The notes beneath the pieces were generated by a model. The model did no database searches, was not told where the DNA came from, and saw nothing but the letters and a program-made list of their open reading frames with translations. Source: Candidatus Latescibacterota bacterium (GTDB lineage: Bacteria; Latescibacterota; UBA2968; UBA8231). From it: a DNA stretch of 64,000 bases. Below, in pieces: positions 1 to 9,032 of this stretch. The DNA lies in the NCBI GenBank assembly GCA_965203175.1, contig OZ241867.1, positions 5,600,001-5,664,000 of the forward strand. The letters are read 5' to 3'. How positions within the stretch are numbered: position 1 is the first letter of the stretch; each line of letters starts with the position of its first letter. A program made the translations under genes and the position numbers.

Positions 1-732
1 CTTACTCTCCACGCTCGGACACCAGAATTTTTCGATAAACTCGACCACCAAGCCCGTGCCCTCGTCGTGGCTGACGTAGGGCGGCATGGCTGGATTGTAC
101 ATTGCGTCAGTCAAGTCGCGGATCAGCGCCACATCCACCCCCCAGCGCACCATCTGCTTAATTGCAAAAGTCCGGTGCAAAACGCACATATTGGTATGAA
201 CGCCCATAATCAGCAGATGGGCAATCCCTTGGTGCTGCAAGCAACTATACACCTCCGTCCCCTCATCCGAAATAATATCCCGCTCTTGATCGATCCCAAT
301 CCCCGGATGCTGCCGATTCCAAGCCTTGTAGGTCTCGGTCTCGCCCGTGTCCGCCCCGTGGTCAGAGGCATCCACCGGCAGCGGCGGATCTGGGCGCTCG
401 GCGGCGGGCGGCGGCTCAACTTGGGCGGCCGCGAGCGCGCGCTGACGAGCCGGTGCATCGGCGTAAAAATCCATGGTATTCGAAGGCGCGTGGACGATCA
501 AGCCGCCGGCCGCGCGCACCACTCGGACCACCGCGTCCATCCGCTCGATCATAGCGTCGAGGCGCTCGACCGCACCGCGGCACCAGTGGCCGTTCCACAC
601 GTCGCAGAGCAAGAGCGCGGTTTGGTCCGCTGCCCAGTCTTGGGTGTTGGTCTGCACCTGCCAGATAGCGTGGCCGCCCTCGTCTTGTGCAAGGCGCTGG
701 GAACGCAAATTGAGTCGCAAAACGTTGCTCAT
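1..732 (-). CDS. Isochorismatase-family cysteine hydrolase (runs off the left edge)
   Basis: Not in the ORF track. Hand translation from ATG at 732 (SD AGAGGA): MSNVLRLNLRSQ...ALLLCDVWNGHWC...LLIMGVHTNMCVLHR...LIRDLTDAMYNP, with the Asp and Cys motifs of isochorismatase-like hydrolases. Confidence 0.85.
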   Translation of the reverse strand, partial: MSNVLRLNLRSQRLAQDEGGHAIWQVQTNTQDWAADQTALLLCDVWNGHWCRGAVERLDAMIERMDAVVRVVRAAGGLIVHAPSNTMDFYADAPARQRALAAAQVEPPPAAERPDPPLPVDASDHGADTGETETYKAWNRQHPGIGIDQERDIISDEGTEVYSCLQHQGIAHLLIMGVHTNMCVLHRTFAIKQMVRWGVDVALIRDLTDAMYNPAMPPYVSHDEGTGLVVEFIEKFWCPSVESK

Positions 733-741
733 GTTGTCCTC

Positions 742-1812
742 TTAATCAGTTTCGCCCGACCAGTAATCCACCGCGTCAGCGCGGCGGAAAATGCGCTGTC
801 GGTCTAAGGAACGGATGTTAATTTTGTCGGAATCGGGATATTGGGCTAAATCGTGCGGCAGGACATTGCTCAAGGCCAAGAGTACGCAAGGTTGCTGTCC
901 TTGATTGGTGAACTTGTGAGCGCTGCGGGGACCGGGTGGGAACGCGATAAAATCACCCTGTTCTACCGCCACTGGACCTCGGGGACTGATCAGCGTACAG
1001 GCCCCTTCGAGGATGTAGAACATTTCCTCTTCAAAGTGGTGAAAGTGCTGCGGACAGATCGACTGGCCAGCGGACAGGCGGAAGAGGCAGTAGCCCAGAT
1101 GCTGGCCACCGATGAGCGGGTCGATATCCTTGATCTCCCAGCGGTAGCCCGCAGGTCCACCCCCCGACGTCCAAGGGATATCCTCTACATTGATCTTATT
1201 GATGTAAATGTCGGTCCGTTCTTCCAAGCATTCGAGCAACAGTCGGCGGGCGTCGTGCATAACGGAGTGCCCGTCGCCCATCAACAGAGTGTCAAAATCG
1301 AGTTGCAATAATTTGCGCAGACCCAAGGCCGCTTGAGGCGGATCGGCGAGCTTGGCGTCCGGCAACAAAGTAATGCGGCCCAGTGGCGCACCGACGACCA
1401 GATCGCCCGCTAAGACCAGCTTGAGGGTCGGCCAGTACAGAGCAATCTCACCCGGACTCTTACCGTGTGCCAAATGCACCACCTGGAGCCCAGGGACAAT
1501 CTCCTCGCCGTCGTCCAGTCGGCGATCCGGGGGCTGGTCAAACAAGTCGGCATCGGCGCGGTGGGCGGCGATGCGAGCACCGGTGCGGTCCTGAAAAAAG
1601 GCAGCTTCGCGCTCGTGGTCGCGGTTGGTCAGCACGATCCAAGCAGCTCCGCCCAGTTGATCGAACTGCTCCAAATCAGCCGCTGCCATGGGCACCGGAT
1701 CGATCAGGACATTGCCTTCTTCACGCACCCACAGATGACCGTTGAAGTCGATTTGGCGTTCTTGGCTGAAGATGGACCAAGAATAGAAGTTTGTAATGGC
1801 TATTTCTTTCAC
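742..1812 (-). CDS. MBL-fold hydrolase-like domain fused to a C-terminal cupin
   Basis: N-terminus has LIDP...LTNRDH...HGKSPG...LAGD (degenerate MBL motifs). C-terminus has HFHHFEEEMFY...GDFIAFPPG...AHKFTN (cupin). Confidence 0.8.
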   Translation of the reverse strand: MKEIAITNFYSWSIFSQERQIDFNGHLWVREEGNVLIDPVPMAAADLEQFDQLGGAAWIVLTNRDHEREAAFFQDRTGARIAAHRADADLFDQPPDRRLDDGEEIVPGLQVVHLAHGKSPGEIALYWPTLKLVLAGDLVVGAPLGRITLLPDAKLADPPQAALGLRKLLQLDFDTLLMGDGHSVMHDARRLLLECLEERTDIYINKINVEDIPWTSGGGPAGYRWEIKDIDPLIGGQHLGYCLFRLSAGQSICPQHFHHFEEEMFYILEGACTLISPRGPVAVEQGDFIAFPPGPRSAHKFTNQGQQPCVLLALSNVLPHDLAQYPDSDKINIRSLDRQRIFRRADAVDYWSGETD

Positions 1813-1836
1813 AGTGTATGTTCGTCGATTTAGGAA

Positions 1837-2112
1837 TTACCGTAACCTGAGTTCCAAACGGCGACCAAGTGCGTCTGACACTTTCCTCAGTGTGGAAAGT
1901 TTGATGTCATCGGCATGGTTCTCTAGTCGGGAAATAGCCGTCTTTTTAGTACCAATCCGATCCGCAAGCTGCTCCTGCGTAAGACCTGCCGCTTCGCGGG
2001 CTTGTCTGAGCAGAACACCTATTTCAAAATCGATATAGCCCGTCTCAAAACCCTCCGCGAATTCGGAATCTGCCTGTTTCCTATCAGAGATATATTTCTC
2101 AACATCGCTCAT
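1837..2112 (-). CDS. XRE/HTH antitoxin (HigA-like)
   Basis: LRQAREAAGLTQEQLADRIGTKKTAISRLEN HTH. Start codon overlaps the toxin stop (ATGA). Confidence 0.9.
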   Translation of the reverse strand: MSDVEKYISDRKQADSEFAEGFETGYIDFEIGVLLRQAREAAGLTQEQLADRIGTKKTAISRLENHADDIKLSTLRKVSDALGRRLELRLR

Positions 2113-2293
2113 AACGAGGCTCCTTTCTTCCGTGCTAAATAGTCCTGCTGATATCGTTCAGCTCGACGAATTTGCTGCATGTCCGTCTTGCTGGTCTTCT
2201 TCAAGTATCCATGGGTAACGATTAGATTGCCTTCTTCAACGAAGAAAGAAAAGAAGCGATAGGCTCTGAGCGGCCCCCAAAGCTTGGATCACT

Positions 2294-3157
2294 TTAGATG
2301 TGAGTTGGCCGGGTCTCGGCGGGCTGATAGTTTAGGGCTTGGGCAAATTCATCGGGTGTTTTATATCCGAGGCTACTATGGGGTCGTTGCTGGTTGTACA
2401 GGCACCGATAGTCCTCCACGACGACGCGGGCTTCGGCGATCGAAAAGAAGATTTCTGGCGTAAGACACTCGGCTCGAAAACGGCTATGAAAACTTTCGAT
2501 GAGGCCATTTTGCCACGGGCTACCCGGCTCGATATACAGCGTCTGGATGTCGGCGGCAGCGCACCAATCCTGAATGAGTCGGGCGATAAATTCCGAGCCA
2601 TTATCCGAGCGCATAAACGCCGGTGCGCCCCACGCTTCGACCAGCGCTTGAAGCGTATCCAACACGTGGTCACTGGGGATCGAACGCGCCGGGTGAATGA
2701 CCAAACACTGCCGGGTATATTCATCTACGACCGTCAGCATCTTCACCGGCCGACCGTCGGTGGTTCGATCCAAAATGAAATCCCATGACCAGACATGGCC
2801 GGGATAGGCCGCCTGCACCGGAGTGCGCCGCGCCGACCGGGGGCACCGTTTCCGGCGCTCCACCGGTGGTACGCCTAACCCGGCTTGCCGCCGCACCCGC
2901 TGGACGCGTTTGCGATTGACCGTCCAACCCTCGCGGCATAAGAGCTGATGAATAAGCCGATAGCCCCAGCGCGGATGCTGTTTCGACAAGGTGATAATGC
3001 GCTGCTCCAGCCGCTGCCGCCGGTCGGTGGGGCCTTGCGGCCGATGATAATAACTCGAGGGCGCCAGCCCGACCACAAGGCAGGCCCGCCGCGTCGAGCA
3101 CATCCCCTGTTCGGCGACATAGTGGACGGCTCGTTTTTTATGCGACGGGCTTACCAT
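2294..3157 (-). CDS. IS3 transposase OrfB (rve/DDE)
   Basis: WSWDF...RSDNGSEF...PGSPWQNGLIESFHSRFR DDE motifs. Confidence 0.95.
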   Translation of the reverse strand: MVSPSHKKRAVHYVAEQGMCSTRRACLVVGLAPSSYYHRPQGPTDRRQRLEQRIITLSKQHPRWGYRLIHQLLCREGWTVNRKRVQRVRRQAGLGVPPVERRKRCPRSARRTPVQAAYPGHVWSWDFILDRTTDGRPVKMLTVVDEYTRQCLVIHPARSIPSDHVLDTLQALVEAWGAPAFMRSDNGSEFIARLIQDWCAAADIQTLYIEPGSPWQNGLIESFHSRFRAECLTPEIFFSIAEARVVVEDYRCLYNQQRPHSSLGYKTPDEFAQALNYQPAETRPTHI

Positions 3158-3426
3158 TTTTTTGCGTTGATCGCTTGCAACACCCGATTATCCAGCATCG
3201 CTTCGGCCAGCATCTTTTTCAACTCGGCGTTTTCTTTTTCTAACGCTTTCAAGCGCTTGGCATCGGCTACATCCATACCGCCGTATTGCTTTTTCCAGCG
3301 ATAGAAGGTGCCTTCGGCGATGTTATGCACGCGACAGAGTTCGGCCACCGTTTGGCCGCCATCCGCCTGCCGCAAAATGCGGATAATTTGCTCGACAGTA
3401 CGAGATTTGCTCCCTTTGCGCTTCAT
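3151..3426 (-). CDS. IS3 transposase OrfA (HTH)
   Basis: ELCRVHNIAEGTFYRWKKQYGG. An A7 slippery run (GCAAAAAAATGGTAA) at the orfA/orfB overlap is consistent with a -1 frameshift. Confidence 0.93.
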   Translation of the reverse strand: MKRKGSKSRTVEQIIRILRQADGGQTVAELCRVHNIAEGTFYRWKKQYGGMDVADAKRLKALEKENAELKKMLAEAMLDNRVLQAINAKKW

Positions 3427-3713
3427 GAGTATGCTCCTCGTTAAGAAACAAGAAAATACTCACATCCAAACCTGTCCAGGTTTAAGGGGGCAGGCCAGCT
3501 CCCCCTGTTGTCCTCACCCGACATTCCCAAATGCCATTGGTGCCGGAGAGCTTCTTTAGATACGGCTTGGGAACGTGATCGATCCGTTCGATCAGACGGA
3601 ACACCCATAAGATCTTCTGGGCATCCCTACCGTCTATGCGATCAAGAAATTCGATGACCGGGCATTTCCCGTCTTTCGTACGATAGAATTCAATGGTCCT
3701 ACTCATACATAAA

Positions 3714-3742
3714 ATGATAACATGTATGTTAACTCGCAGCAA
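3714..3742 (-). promoter_or_regulatory. Toxin-antitoxin promoter with palindromic operator
   Basis: -35 TTGCTG, 17-bp spacer, extended -10 TGnTATCAT located 7 nt before the toxin ATG (probably leaderless). Palindrome TAACAT-GT-ATGTTA at 3718-3731 overlaps the spacer. Confidence 0.7.
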
Positions 3743-3755
3743 TAAGGCACATGTC

Positions 3756-3810
3756 ACCTAACGTTGTGGATTTTCGAAGCGAGATGTACCCATCGCTCGC
3801 ATCATTGGGC
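3756..3810 (-). other. Possible degenerate integron attC site
   Basis: Directly after the EVE gene stop: GCCCAAT (~RYYYAAC), an imperfect hairpin, then GTTAGGT (GTTRRRY). 55 bp in total. Confidence 0.35.
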
Positions 3811-3813
3811 TGC

Positions 3814-4287
3814 TCAGGCTTCCTCTGAGTACTCCTCAAGCACTGCGTCCGACAAGTAGGATAGGTGTTGTTCGTCAGATAATTCTCTCACGCTATCGTA
3901 AGAGATAAAGGAACATATCTCCGAAAGCGGGGCACGATCGAGTAATGAAAAGACCGGAGTGAATGAGAGAGCTTCCCAGACATGGTCCTCATGGATTGGG
4001 ACAGCCTTCTCCTTGGACAGCCAAATCTGCGGTTCTACACGAAATCGGATCACAAAGGGGTCATCCTCAAGATAGAAGAGAGGCGTACTATCCTCAAAGA
4101 ATTCGCTTGTCACCTTCAGGATACCTATCCAGCGGGAAATCTTGGTTACGTAGCAAACAAGCTTGTCCCCAGGTTTGATCTGGCTTGCGGCGTTCTTCTG
4201 GCGTACTCTAAATCCAGAGATGCTCTGATTTGATTGGGTAAAAACTTCGTATGTCTCAGGTGAAAAAAGATCTGTGTAATAAGCCAT
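3814..4287 (-). CDS. EVE-domain protein, probably internally deleted
   Basis: MAYYTDLFSPETY...IKPGDKLVCYVTKISRWIGIL EVE/PUA-like domain. Lower GC than the flanks. Confidence 0.75.
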   Translation of the reverse strand: MAYYTDLFSPETYEVFTQSNQSISGFRVRQKNAASQIKPGDKLVCYVTKISRWIGILKVTSEFFEDSTPLFYLEDDPFVIRFRVEPQIWLSKEKAVPIHEDHVWEALSFTPVFSLLDRAPLSEICSFISYDSVRELSDEQHLSYLSDAVLEEYSEEA

Positions 4288-4341
4288 GTTGATTCTCGTA
4301 TAATGGTTTCAGAGCTGTTGTATCATTACTTGGGCTAAGAT

Positions 4342-5127
4342 TTACAAACAGGCCCGCACAACATCGCGTGCATTCAATAGGTCATCGCGACTTCTATGGT
4401 ACTCAAAGACGAAATAGGGTACCTGTGCCCACTCCTGTAACGCGCCGATATAGGTCGGATAGTCCAAGTACCCCGACCCCGCCGGCCCGTAGTCGACCAC
4501 CTCGCCGTTTTCGGCAAAGCGCGCATCCTTGCCGTGGGCGATTGCGATATCGGGGCCGAGCATCCGCACCGCGCGCACCAGGGGAGTGCGGTCTGGCGCG
4601 AAGTTCGCCGCGTCCATGCAGACTTTGAGTGCTTTGGATCTCACTCGGTCCTGCAATCGCAAAAAGCGCTCCACCCCATCGACGCTCCCCGCCCGCGTCA
4701 TTTCCACCGCGATGACAATGCCAAACCGCTCCGCCGCCGCGCAGGCCGTCATCAGCCCTGTGCATAGCCCCTCGAACACCGCTTGGTCGTCAACCCCCTC
4801 CTCTGGATATCCCGACGGATGCCACACCAGTACCGGTCGCACATTGTCGCCGAAACGTCCGTCGAGTGCTGCGGTTTTCTCCACGCAGCGCATCAACCTT
4901 GTGACATCCTCTCGAACCGTCCCCTTTGGCCCGACCAGATCGACGTGCAAAGTCATCGCCGCCAGCGCGATATCGGCCGCCTGGAGTACTTCGTCGATAC
5001 TCTCTACGGATGGGTCCCGCGCATCCCCATCTGCTCCCCCGCCGAAAAACATCTGCACCGCCTCGAATCCCTCAGGCCGCATCTCTGCCGCCGATAGCTG
5101 ACGGCCTGGCATCAACGCAAGTTTCAC
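4342..5127 (-). CDS. Sugar phosphate isomerase/epimerase (TIM barrel)
   Basis: IAVEM...VCMDAAN...IAHGKD...G.G.LDY...FEY motifs. Confidence 0.85.
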   Translation of the reverse strand: MKLALMPGRQLSAAEMRPEGFEAVQMFFGGGADGDARDPSVESIDEVLQAADIALAAMTLHVDLVGPKGTVREDVTRLMRCVEKTAALDGRFGDNVRPVLVWHPSGYPEEGVDDQAVFEGLCTGLMTACAAAERFGIVIAVEMTRAGSVDGVERFLRLQDRVRSKALKVCMDAANFAPDRTPLVRAVRMLGPDIAIAHGKDARFAENGEVVDYGPAGSGYLDYPTYIGALQEWAQVPYFVFEYHRSRDDLLNARDVVRACL

Positions 5128-5198
5128 GGTTCCCTCCTTCCAAAATTCGAGCCAGCGGCGAGTAAAACTCCCTACCGCTTCTTGTTGTGATTAAAACA

Positions 5199-6350
5199 TT
5201 AAAACGTCCCCTGCACGTCCATCACCTGTCCGCCCTCCTCCTTCACCTTGGAGGTAGCCACCCGCTTTTGCAGCTCTTCATAGTACAAATCCTCATCCAC
5301 CGGGATGTGTACCCAATCGTCCGTCCACGTCGAAAGCAACATCGCATTGGCCAACTCCACGCCGTTGATCCCCTCGGTCCCCGCAGCCAACAGCGGTACC
5401 CCCGTGCGGATAGCCTGCACCCAGTTCTGGGTAATCCCCTTGTGCTCCTCGCCGCCGCCGCCCGGGATCTCGCACTTCCAAACCTCCGGGCTGCCAAACC
5501 CATGCGGCCACTCCTCGAGGAACTTGCTCGCCGACTCCGTCGTGCGCCAAAAGGTGATCTTGCCGCCTTCCAACACCACCTTGCCGCGGTCCGCTGAAAT
5601 CTCCAGCCGATTGGTCCCCGGAGCCTCGCCCGTAGAGGTAATAAAAACGCCCGTAGCTCCGTTCTCGTATTCTACATAGGCCGTTACATCGTCTTCAACC
5701 TCAATGTCGTGGTATTGCCCAAAGCGACAAAAGGCCCGCACCCGCTGCGGCATTCCGCAGATCCACTGCCACAGGTCGAGATTGTGCGGACACTGGTTGG
5801 CCAACACGCCACCCCCCTCGCCGGCCCAAGTCGCCCGCCAGCCGCCCGAATCGTAGTAGCTCTGGGCGCGGAACCAGTTGTTGATGATGTAAATCGTGCG
5901 CTGAATCGGCCCCAGTTCGCCGGATTCGACGAGCGACTTCAGCTTTTGGTGCTCGTCGCGTGCACGCTGGTTGAACATCATGCCAAAGACCCGGTCGCTT
6001 TTGGCCGCAGCTTCGTTCATCTCGCGGACTTGGCGCGTATAGACCCCGGCCGGCTTCTCACTCATTGCATGCAGGCCATTTTCGAACGCCTGGATCACCA
6101 GCGGGGGGTGGAAGTAGTGGGGAGTGGCGACGATTACAGCGTCCACGCATTGGGCCGCAAACAGGGCGTCGGCTCCAGCGAACGTTTGCACATTAGCGCC
6201 GTATTTGGCTTGCACGTCCGCGAGCCGGGCTGGATCGACATCAGCTACGGCCGCGAGCTCCGCACCGGCGATTTGGCCTTGAGAAAGATAGGTGGCGTGG
6301 TTGCTACCCATGCCGCCAAGGCCGATAATACCAATTCGCACCTTGTCCAT
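5199..6350 (-). CDS. Gfo/Idh/MocA oxidoreductase
   Basis: GIIGLGGMG, ATPHYFH, SEKP, GGGVLANQCPHNLD. Confidence 0.95.
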   Translation of the reverse strand: MDKVRIGIIGLGGMGSNHATYLSQGQIAGAELAAVADVDPARLADVQAKYGANVQTFAGADALFAAQCVDAVIVATPHYFHPPLVIQAFENGLHAMSEKPAGVYTRQVREMNEAAAKSDRVFGMMFNQRARDEHQKLKSLVESGELGPIQRTIYIINNWFRAQSYYDSGGWRATWAGEGGGVLANQCPHNLDLWQWICGMPQRVRAFCRFGQYHDIEVEDDVTAYVEYENGATGVFITSTGEAPGTNRLEISADRGKVVLEGGKITFWRTTESASKFLEEWPHGFGSPEVWKCEIPGGGGEEHKGITQNWVQAIRTGVPLLAAGTEGINGVELANAMLLSTWTDDWVHIPVDEDLYYEELQKRVATSKVKEEGGQVMDVQGTF

Positions 6351-6567
6351 ATTGTACTCCTTGTCGTTATCTAGCGATGATACAAATACAACTTTGTGGG
6401 ACTCAAAAAAGGAAGTGAGTCGCCGGACATGCCAACGGAAATATGGCCCGCAATATACCTCAAAATCCGCCGAACGGTCAATCTCGCACGATTCTTGAGT
6501 TGATCGATCATGACGGCGACCTGTCCCTTTCGAATCGGTCCTTGCGCCCTCTTAACTCACTAAAAAA

Positions 6568-8091
6568 ATGAACAAGCCGAACATACTGATCTTCATGACC
6601 GACCAGCAACGGGCGTGCTCCGTACTACCTGGCGACGCGTACAAAGCGAAGACACCCGTGCTTGACGAGTTCCGCGAGGAGAGCGTCACCTTCAGTCGCG
6701 CCTTCTGCCCGTCACCGCACTGCTGCCCGTCGCGCGCGTCATTTATGACCGGCCTGATGCCGACCCAGCACGGCGTCTGGCACAACGTGAACGTCGCCAA
6801 TGCCATCACCCGCGGCTTGAAAGATCACATCCGCCCCTGGAGCATGGATATGCGGGAAGCGGGTTATCGCATGCTCTTTTCGGGTAAGTGGCATGTCAGC
6901 AACTATCAACAGCCGCACGACTATGGTTGGGAGCACGTCGTGCCGGTAGGCGCGCGCCACAGTAGACGATTGAGCCGCGACGAGCAAGACGCTGCAGCCC
7001 GCGAACGCGAACTGCGCAATTTGCAACAGCATGCTAGGGACAATAATGGTCGCGGGCGTGCCCCCGGCGAGATCAGGCGCGCGGGGATGCGTCCGTACAT
7101 CCACTATGGCGACAATAGCCATCCCTTCTTGGCGCAGTATTTCCGCGACGGGGAAGAGGACAACCCATTCGGCGACCGCACGGTGGTCGAAGCTGCGCTG
7201 GCGAAAATGGATGCGCTAGACGGGAACGAGCCGTGGTGCCTGTATGTTGGGACCCTCGGTCCACACGATCCGTATGTCGCGCCCAAGCGTTTCCTCGATT
7301 TGTATGAAGGCGTGGAATTCCCACTACCGGACACCTTCGACGATCCGCTGGACGACAAACCAGCCCTCTACCGCCGCACTCGCGACCGCTTTGCTCAGTT
7401 GACGCACAAGGAACACCAGGACGCGATCAAGCACTACTTGGCGTTCTGCACCTATGAGGACTGGCTCTTCGGGCAGTTGATCGACAAGCTCAAAGAGCGC
7501 GGAGAGTATGAAGACGCGATCATTTTCTACCTCTCCGACCACGGCGACTACTTGGGCGATCACGGCCTGTGGTGTAAGGGCCTGCCGTCGTTTTTGAGCT
7601 GCTACCACGTGCCGGCAATCGCAAAGATGCCGGGTGGACAGCAAGGCGTGGTGCGCGACGAGTTCGTGTCTCTCTGTGACTTCGCGCCGACGCTGCTCGA
7701 GATGGGCGCAGTGGAGAGCCCGGTGGAGTTTGCCGGTGCCAGCCTGATTCCGTTGCTCAAAGGCGAAACACCGGCCGACTGGCGCGATGCGCTCTTCTTC
7801 CAGACGAATGGGAACGAGACCTATGGCATCCAACGTTCCGCCATCACCGACCAGTGGCGATTCGTCTACAATGGATTTGACTACGACGAACTATACGATT
7901 TGGCGAGCGATCCCGGACAGATGCAGAACCTCGCCCCTGATCCGCAATACCAGCCAGTCATTGAGGAAATGTATCGCCGAATCTGGATGTTCGGCCTTGC
8001 GCACGAAGAGCACTTGCTCAATCAGTACATTATGACCGCGATGGCGGATTACGGGCCGGGGGTGGCACAAGACTTGGGCCAGACGCGGTAA
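6568..8091 (+). CDS. Sulfatase (formylglycine-dependent, Cys type)
   Basis: PNILIFMTDQQ, CCPSRAS (CxPxR), GKWH, SDHGD, ELYDL..DP. Confidence 0.95.
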   Translation: MNKPNILIFMTDQQRACSVLPGDAYKAKTPVLDEFREESVTFSRAFCPSPHCCPSRASFMTGLMPTQHGVWHNVNVANAITRGLKDHIRPWSMDMREAGYRMLFSGKWHVSNYQQPHDYGWEHVVPVGARHSRRLSRDEQDAAARERELRNLQQHARDNNGRGRAPGEIRRAGMRPYIHYGDNSHPFLAQYFRDGEEDNPFGDRTVVEAALAKMDALDGNEPWCLYVGTLGPHDPYVAPKRFLDLYEGVEFPLPDTFDDPLDDKPALYRRTRDRFAQLTHKEHQDAIKHYLAFCTYEDWLFGQLIDKLKERGEYEDAIIFYLSDHGDYLGDHGLWCKGLPSFLSCYHVPAIAKMPGGQQGVVRDEFVSLCDFAPTLLEMGAVESPVEFAGASLIPLLKGETPADWRDALFFQTNGNETYGIQRSAITDQWRFVYNGFDYDELYDLASDPGQMQNLAPDPQYQPVIEEMYRRIWMFGLAHEEHLLNQYIMTAMADYGPGVAQDLGQTR

Positions 8092-8138
8092 GTGATGTGG
8101 TACACGCCAACGATATCCCCATGACATAGGAGAAACCC

Positions 8139-8966
8139 ATGTACAATCTCAACGGCAAAGTCGCCCTCGTCACTGGCGCGGGCGGCGAACACGGCATTGG
8201 CCGTGCCATCTGCCAGCGTCTAGCGCGCGAAGGCTGCGACCTCGTAGTTAATGACTTGCACACCCAGCCCTATAGCGACTCTGGTTGGGGCGGTCTGCCC
8301 GCCCTCGTCGCCGAAATCGAAGCCGTCGGCCAGCAGGCCCTTGCAGTGGAAGCCGACGTATCCAACGCCGACCAAGTCGAGAGCATGGTACAAGACGCGC
8401 TCGCCCACTTTGGCCGCATCGACCTGCTAGTCAACAACGCTGGCTCGCGCCCCGGACCAGATCGCGTCCCAGTCGTCGATTTGAGTGAAGCCGCCTGGGA
8501 CCAAGTGCAAACCGTCAACGTCAAGGGTACCTTTCTCTGCTCGCGCACTGTGGCCCGGCACCTGATCGATCGCGGCGACGGCGGTAAAATCATCAACATG
8601 TCCTCTACGGCCGGACGCCAAGGATATCCGCGCTACGCCGCGTACTGCACGTCCAAATTCGCCATCATCGGCTTTACCCAATCCCTCGCCTGGGAGCTTG
8701 CTCCCCACCGGATCAACGTCAACGCCGTCTGCCCGGGCAACACCCTCACCGAGCGCACCCACTACATCGCTGCGGGCCTCGCCCAGCGCGACGAGCCAGA
8801 CGCCGACACCACGGCCGCCCTAGTCCACGACCTTGAGGAGCAAACCCCCCTAGGCCGCATTGGCACGCCCGAAGACGTGGCCCGCACCGTGGCCTTTCTC
8901 GCCTCGGACGAAGCCGAGTACCTCACCGGCGTATCGATGTTGGTCGCTGGCGGCTTTCAGATGTGA
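8139..8966 (+). CDS. SDR-family oxidoreductase
   Basis: VALVTGAGGEHGIG, NNAG, YCTSK (YxxxK). SD AGGAG. Confidence 0.95.
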   Translation: MYNLNGKVALVTGAGGEHGIGRAICQRLAREGCDLVVNDLHTQPYSDSGWGGLPALVAEIEAVGQQALAVEADVSNADQVESMVQDALAHFGRIDLLVNNAGSRPGPDRVPVVDLSEAAWDQVQTVNVKGTFLCSRTVARHLIDRGDGGKIINMSSTAGRQGYPRYAAYCTSKFAIIGFTQSLAWELAPHRINVNAVCPGNTLTERTHYIAAGLAQRDEPDADTTAALVHDLEEQTPLGRIGTPEDVARTVAFLASDEAEYLTGVSMLVAGGFQM

Positions 8967-9005
8967 GGACAGTGGTTAAGGTCTGATGGCATCTTGGACA
9001 CCCAC

Positions 9006-9032
9006 GTAGGGGCGACCGGCCGGTCGCCCTAC
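9006..9032 (+). repeat. GTAG-type REP-like palindrome
   Basis: GTAG followed by the perfect 20-bp palindrome GGGCGACCGGCCGGTCGCCC, between convergent genes. Confidence 0.65.

Larger units (their letters stand above)
2267..3497 (-). mobile_element. IS3-family insertion sequence (IS407-like group), 1231 bp
   Basis: TG...CA ends. Imperfect ~40-bp IRs (TGAGCGGCCCCCAAAGCTTGGA...GATGTGAGT / TGGCCTGCCCCCTTAAACCTGGA...GATGTGAGT). 4-bp target duplication GCTC at 2263-2266 and 3498-3501. Contains orfA and orfB. Confidence 0.95.
2109..3706 (-). pseudogene. RelE/HigB (Gp49-like) type II toxin interrupted by an IS3 element
   Basis: 5' part 3706-3498 (MSRTIEFYRTKDGKCPV...GIWECRVRTTGG) and 3' part 2266-2109 (AYRFFSFF...VTHGYLKKTSKT...KGASL*) rejoin in frame into a 120-aa protein once the IS and one GCTC copy are removed. 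Confidence 0.9.

Noticed and set aside
67-807. 246-aa + strand ORF
   Set aside because: Antisense shadow of the isochorismatase-like gene, which has recognisable motifs and an SD.
3482-3757. 91-aa ORF as a complete gene
   Set aside because: It is the toxin 5' half reading into the IS end. The true start is 3706.
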